In this document: piece by piece, positions 37,609-41,375 of the stretch
Position numbering within the stretch: the first letter of the stretch is position 1
Layout of the letters: each line of letters begins with the position of its first letter
Source: Intoshia linei
Lineage: Eukaryota > Animalia > Orthonectida
Direction: 5' to 3'
Assembly: GCA_001642005.1 (NCBI GenBank)
Contig: LWCA01000196.1
Location: 1-41,375 of the forward strand
DNA: 41,375 nucleotides
Notes under the pieces: model-generated
The model's database searches: none
Seen by the model: only the letters and a program-made list of their open reading frames with translations
Told to the model about the DNA's origin: nothing
Made by a program: the position numbers and the translations under genes

Positions 37609-38525
37609 ATTCTCGAAAATTTCTATGCACTGGTTTGATTAGGAATAATTCCATCCGAAATGGTTCAAAATTTCAACGGATTGAAGCATGGTATCCTCAA
37701 TTCATGACACGTAAATTGGTCGATGATGTGGTACTATTTTTAAAATTATTTTGGTATTTTGTACTTTTACATTTTTATTATATAAACAACCTAAAATTAT
37801 AATTTCGATTGTAGTGAAATACAGATAAGAATGTTACCTGTGTCAAAATTATTTAAAATTGCGCCATGTCCATTACATTAATTTGTTATGGTCTATTTGC
37901 AATGTTTTTTATGCGGTTATTTTAAATAATCAGTCAGTTGTTTGGAGGACTTTAAAATTTAAATTTTCTATTGAATTTAGTTATTTTATGCGTTTCTTGG
38001 AATTGTACCTCTAGGGTGTTTTACTTTTATCTACAATTCAATATATGGCTGTAATTTTTTTTAAAAATTTATTGTATGTTAAAGGGAACCTTATATCTTT
38101 ATGCATATTAATGACTTGTTATATTTGGTTTTAAATTGCAATTAATTGAGAATTGTTCTACTGGTTGTACTGCATCAGAGCCGAATCCACGGAAAATGAA
38201 AAATAGGTCTAATAAAATTTTGCAAACGATGCATAATTCCATATAGCCACTAGTTACATCAATAAGAGTTCGGACTTACAATTTCATTTTGATACACAAA
38301 TCAGTACTAATGGAAAAATATAAGTATTTTACATATCAATTTAGAAAAATAATATGCAGAGACATTTTTTTCAAAAATTACATCGAGGCTCAGAGGAGGG
38401 TCTGATGCGCTCTGTACAGTGTCATTTTGATTGATATGATATCGTTTAATATTTGAAATTTAGCTCAATGTAAATTAGTTGATATTCCAGAAGATTATGA
38501 ACCCGAGCATTGGGAATATTTTGCG
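37609..38525 (+). CDS. NDUFB5: NADH:ubiquinone oxidoreductase subunit B5 (SGDH), partial; 3' exon(s) not in window
   Basis: In-phase exons 37609-37730, 37981-38050, 38464-38525: SRKFLCTGLIRNNSIRNGSKFQRIEAWYPQFMTRKLVDDV-LFYAFLGIVPLGCFTFIYNSIYG-SQCKLVDIPEDYEPEHWEYFA, matching the family motif IPEGYxPEHWEY after a TM helix. Candidate start exon at 36792. Confidence 0.88.
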
Positions 38526-39346
38526 GTATATTTTTCAATGTTTATCATTTTTTCACCATTATACTGTAACACAAAAAATTCATTTAAATTATCAACGATT
38601 TATCAGTAAAGCTAAGCTAGTCCTCACGACCGGAAACAAGGAATGCCCCTGAAACCTTTGAGAATATTTTATATAAAAATAATTGTAAATTTATTTTTTA
38701 TGAATTAATTCATTAATTATGCATATTATAATTGTTAAAATGTACTTATAGGTATTAATTTCTTATAATTATTTTTTAAGTAGTAAGTAACCTGGGATGA
38801 TATATCATGGGATTTTAACTTGGGGGCCGTCACCACCAGGGGGTTCCAAACCAGTTTTTGGGGATGCCAGAAAATTTTTAAATAAACATTATTTTACAGC
38901 TACATTTTTTATACTTGAATGGCGTTTCGAAATTAAAGTTAACTTCTATTTATTAATTTAACTTTTTTAAATATTAAATATTTTAATATGTATATTAGGG
39001 TGTCCACTTTTTTTAAGAAAAACTTATTTTGCACGTGGATGCCTTTTTTGATTTTAAGCATTTATTCAAAAAAATGAAATCGGTTAATATTAAAGATACT
39101 AAAATAAATGATATCGATAAATCGTACAAACCACGGTGTTTTTATGTTCAAAGGTTTTTTTATAATTTAAATTTAAAGCCATTTCAGCTAGAAATTTTTG
39201 GTTATCGTAGTTATATTATTAACTTTTTCGAATTTAAGTTTATTACATTTTTGGGGTGTCACATCGAATTTTATTGAATGAAGGGTGCCAAGTGGAAAAA
39301 GGTTAAGAACCCATGCAATAATGTATTGCAATAATTTATTTTTTTG

Positions 39347-39469
39347 TGTGACGATTATCAAAATAAACAATATTTGGAAAGAAGATTTTAATAAAGCTTG
39401 ACAAATATATAAATTAGTTCGAAGTGATCTTTAATTCCTTCGTCATCCCATAGTGATGTAATCGCTACA
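39347..39469 (-). repeat. 3' LTR (123 bp)
   Basis: TG...CA ends with imperfect terminal inverted repeat TGTAGCGATTA / TGTGACGATTA. I count 2 mismatches over the 89 bp shared with 41287-41375. Confidence 0.9.
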
Positions 39470-40252
39470 TCCCCCATTCTGACCGAGACCCATTGATTAA
39501 TTTTTCCTTCCACAGCCTCGTATCCTCTGAGCACTTCCTGGCAATGTGTCCATATTCCTCGCATTGATGGCATTGCAGCTGGCTTTTGCTTCGCATCTTC
39601 CTTGTTGGTTCGCAAAATGTCTCTGAACGTAAATCTACACCCCCTAAGATAGTAGACAATCTATTATAAATTGTCGTACTACCTGGTCTAGCCCACATGC
39701 GCGCTATCATAACAACATCTGGTTTAACCTGTTGCACACAATAGAGCACCTCTTGCTCGACAAACCCCTCAACTTGTTTGTCAGTGAACCCCGGGATTGC
39801 GTCCCTAATATCGGCACCCATCTCACGAGCTGCGTCCTTTATTTTCTTACCCCGAGTTATTCGTGTTTTAAAAAGCACGAATGACTTATTTAATCTGTCA
39901 AAAGACCCCAAACGTTTTAACAAAACCTTGATCCAAAGATCCACATTTCCGTACTCGTTACCTAGAATACTAGTTATTCTCTCACGCTCTTTTTTTGAAA
40001 TAATTAATTTTAAAGAGCCATCTTGGTCACCTGATTCCATTTATGCCATTCTGCATATCTTTGGAATTTATCAATAAATTCCTCCATATGTCCCGTAGCA
40101 TAACCCATTTCCAACGCGTTAATAATAGAATTACTAACCTCCTGTTTTGGTGACTGGTCAATGTCCTTTTGGGGTAGATCTCCTTCTGGTTGATGTGAAC
40201 CCAATCCTGACATCACCTCGTCCTCAATCGTTGAGTTAATATCCATGATCAC
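39465..40252 (-). pseudogene. gag: gag with one frameshift near 40010
   Basis: EEFIDKFQRYAEWHKWNQVTKMAL/LKLII (capsid-like), then CHQCEEYGHIARKC zinc knuckle; stop codon lies inside the 3' LTR. Confidence 0.8.
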
Positions 40253-40255
40253 AAA

Positions 40256-41230
40256 TTAAAAAAAATTAGATGGCCAATAGTACGATCTTTTTAATAATTC
40301 TAGCGTTTTTGTAATCCCCACATGTGATGCCCCTATTCCTGTGTGAACGAGATTAATGGCATCCTCAATTTTATTATTAACTACCAAAAGTTGATTTGTA
40401 CCTTTTTTGTACAAATAACCCTTAGTAAGTTTTACCTTGTCCCTTATACTAAAGTACCGATTTGATGGCAATATTTTAGAATTCCCAGTTCTCGCATATT
40501 TCCACAGTTGTTTACAATCTTGATTTTCGATTTGAGCCCTCTCAAACTGCATTGAATTTGTTGGATCCCAAATAGCAAATAATCTCGAAATGCATCTGCA
40601 GCAAAGTTATCCGAGCCCTTTCGATAGATAATCCCAAAGTTTTTGCAGTCATCTTAACCTCCTCCCTTGACTATTCTTTGAATTATGAATATCAACAAGA
40701 GGTTTATGGTCTGTTATAACAGTAAATTTTTTACCATAAAGATACCTCTGAAACAATGTAATTCCCTGTCATACGTCCCATAATTACGCTGACAGGTATC
40801 CAACATTTTACTGGCACAACGTAATAGTTTACCATTTATTGATAATATCACCCCCATGCCTTAGTCGGAAGCATCTGTCTCCAGTGTAAATCGTTCATCC
40901 CAATTTGAGTGGGAAACCAACATATACCCCGACAATAATTCATTTAGCAGATTTAATGATTCTTCACACGCCGCTGACCAGTCAAATTTGATCCCCTTAC
41001 GAGTTAACCTAATTATCGGTTCTGATATTGAAGCATAATTAGGCAAAAATTTTCGATAATAATTAAACTTTTTCTGCTCCTACACCATCCACGGTTAGCA
41101 GTTCTCTCACTATTAATTCATTGGTAATCACTTTCTGGCTAACAAAGTTAAGCTCAGACCCACTATCAACTAAACATTTTAGACGGAAATTATGATAAAA
41201 TAATGGTACCGTAAACAGCATTCTTCGTTA
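40256..41230 (-). pseudogene. pol: pol remnants (PR, RT 3' end, RNase H, IN N-terminus)
   Basis: Recognisable motifs interrupted by stops and frameshifts; RT core and IN catalytic core are deleted. Confidence 0.85.
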
Positions 41231-41286
41231 CTTTAAATCAAACGGCAGTTTGGCAAACAAAAAACTCGTATTGATAATTTATATAT

Positions 41287-41375
41287 TGTGACGATTATCA
41301 GAATAAACAATATTTGGAAATAAGATTTTAATAAAGCTTGACAAATATATAAATTAGTTCGAAGTGATCTTTAAT
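41287..41375 (-). repeat. 5' LTR (cut by window edge)
   Basis: Direct repeat of 39347-39435. Confidence 0.9.

Larger units (their letters stand above)
39347..41375 (-). mobile_element. Internally deleted Ty3/Gypsy-like LTR retrotransposon with pol-then-gag order
   Basis: LTRs 39347-39469 and 41287->41375, PPT at 39470-39475. On the minus strand: protease (LVDSGSELNFVS), RT thumb/RNase H (YYRKFLPNYASI, ETDASD, ITDHKPL), integrase H2C2 start (H...SHVGITKT...YYWP), then gag with CCHC knuckle. Confidence 0.9.

Noticed and set aside
40005-40020. Programmed -1 frameshift in gag
   Set aside because: No in-phase X XXY YYZ heptamer and it falls mid-capsid; a single-base deletion is simpler.

Overview
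Very AT-rich eukaryotic (metazoan-type) genomic DNA with the standard genetic code, compact genes and many short GT-AG introns (about 30-55 nt); the long introns are almost all filled with non-autonomous transposons. This resembles a reduced animal genome such as an orthonectid parasite (inference, not proven). Genes reconstructed by hand-splicing: a WD40-repeat gene (+), cytosolic aspartate aminotransferase GOT1 (-), two tandem aspartate/glutamate-carrier (aralar/citrin, SLC25A12/13) copies (-), mitoribosomal mS38/AURKAIP1 (-), LSm5 (+), an M3 oligopeptidase-A-like protein lacking HExxH (+), CCR4/CNOT6 deadenylase (-) and part of complex I subunit NDUFB5 (+), which the ORF track misses. Mobile DNA: a Helitron-like family, hAT MITEs with NTCTAGAN-type target duplications, a Foldback/MULE element with a 9-bp TSD, a Tc1/mariner relic, a piggyBac-like MITE and two Ty3/Gypsy remnants. 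Most notable: (1) an LTR element whose gag lies downstream of pol; (2) an aralar-aralar-GOT1 malate-aspartate-shuttle cluster, in which one carrier has lost its Ca2+ ligands and the other apparently lacks the regulatory domain and carries a charge reversal in a substrate-contact helix; (3) a pseudo-peptidase. All exon boundaries are manual predictions.
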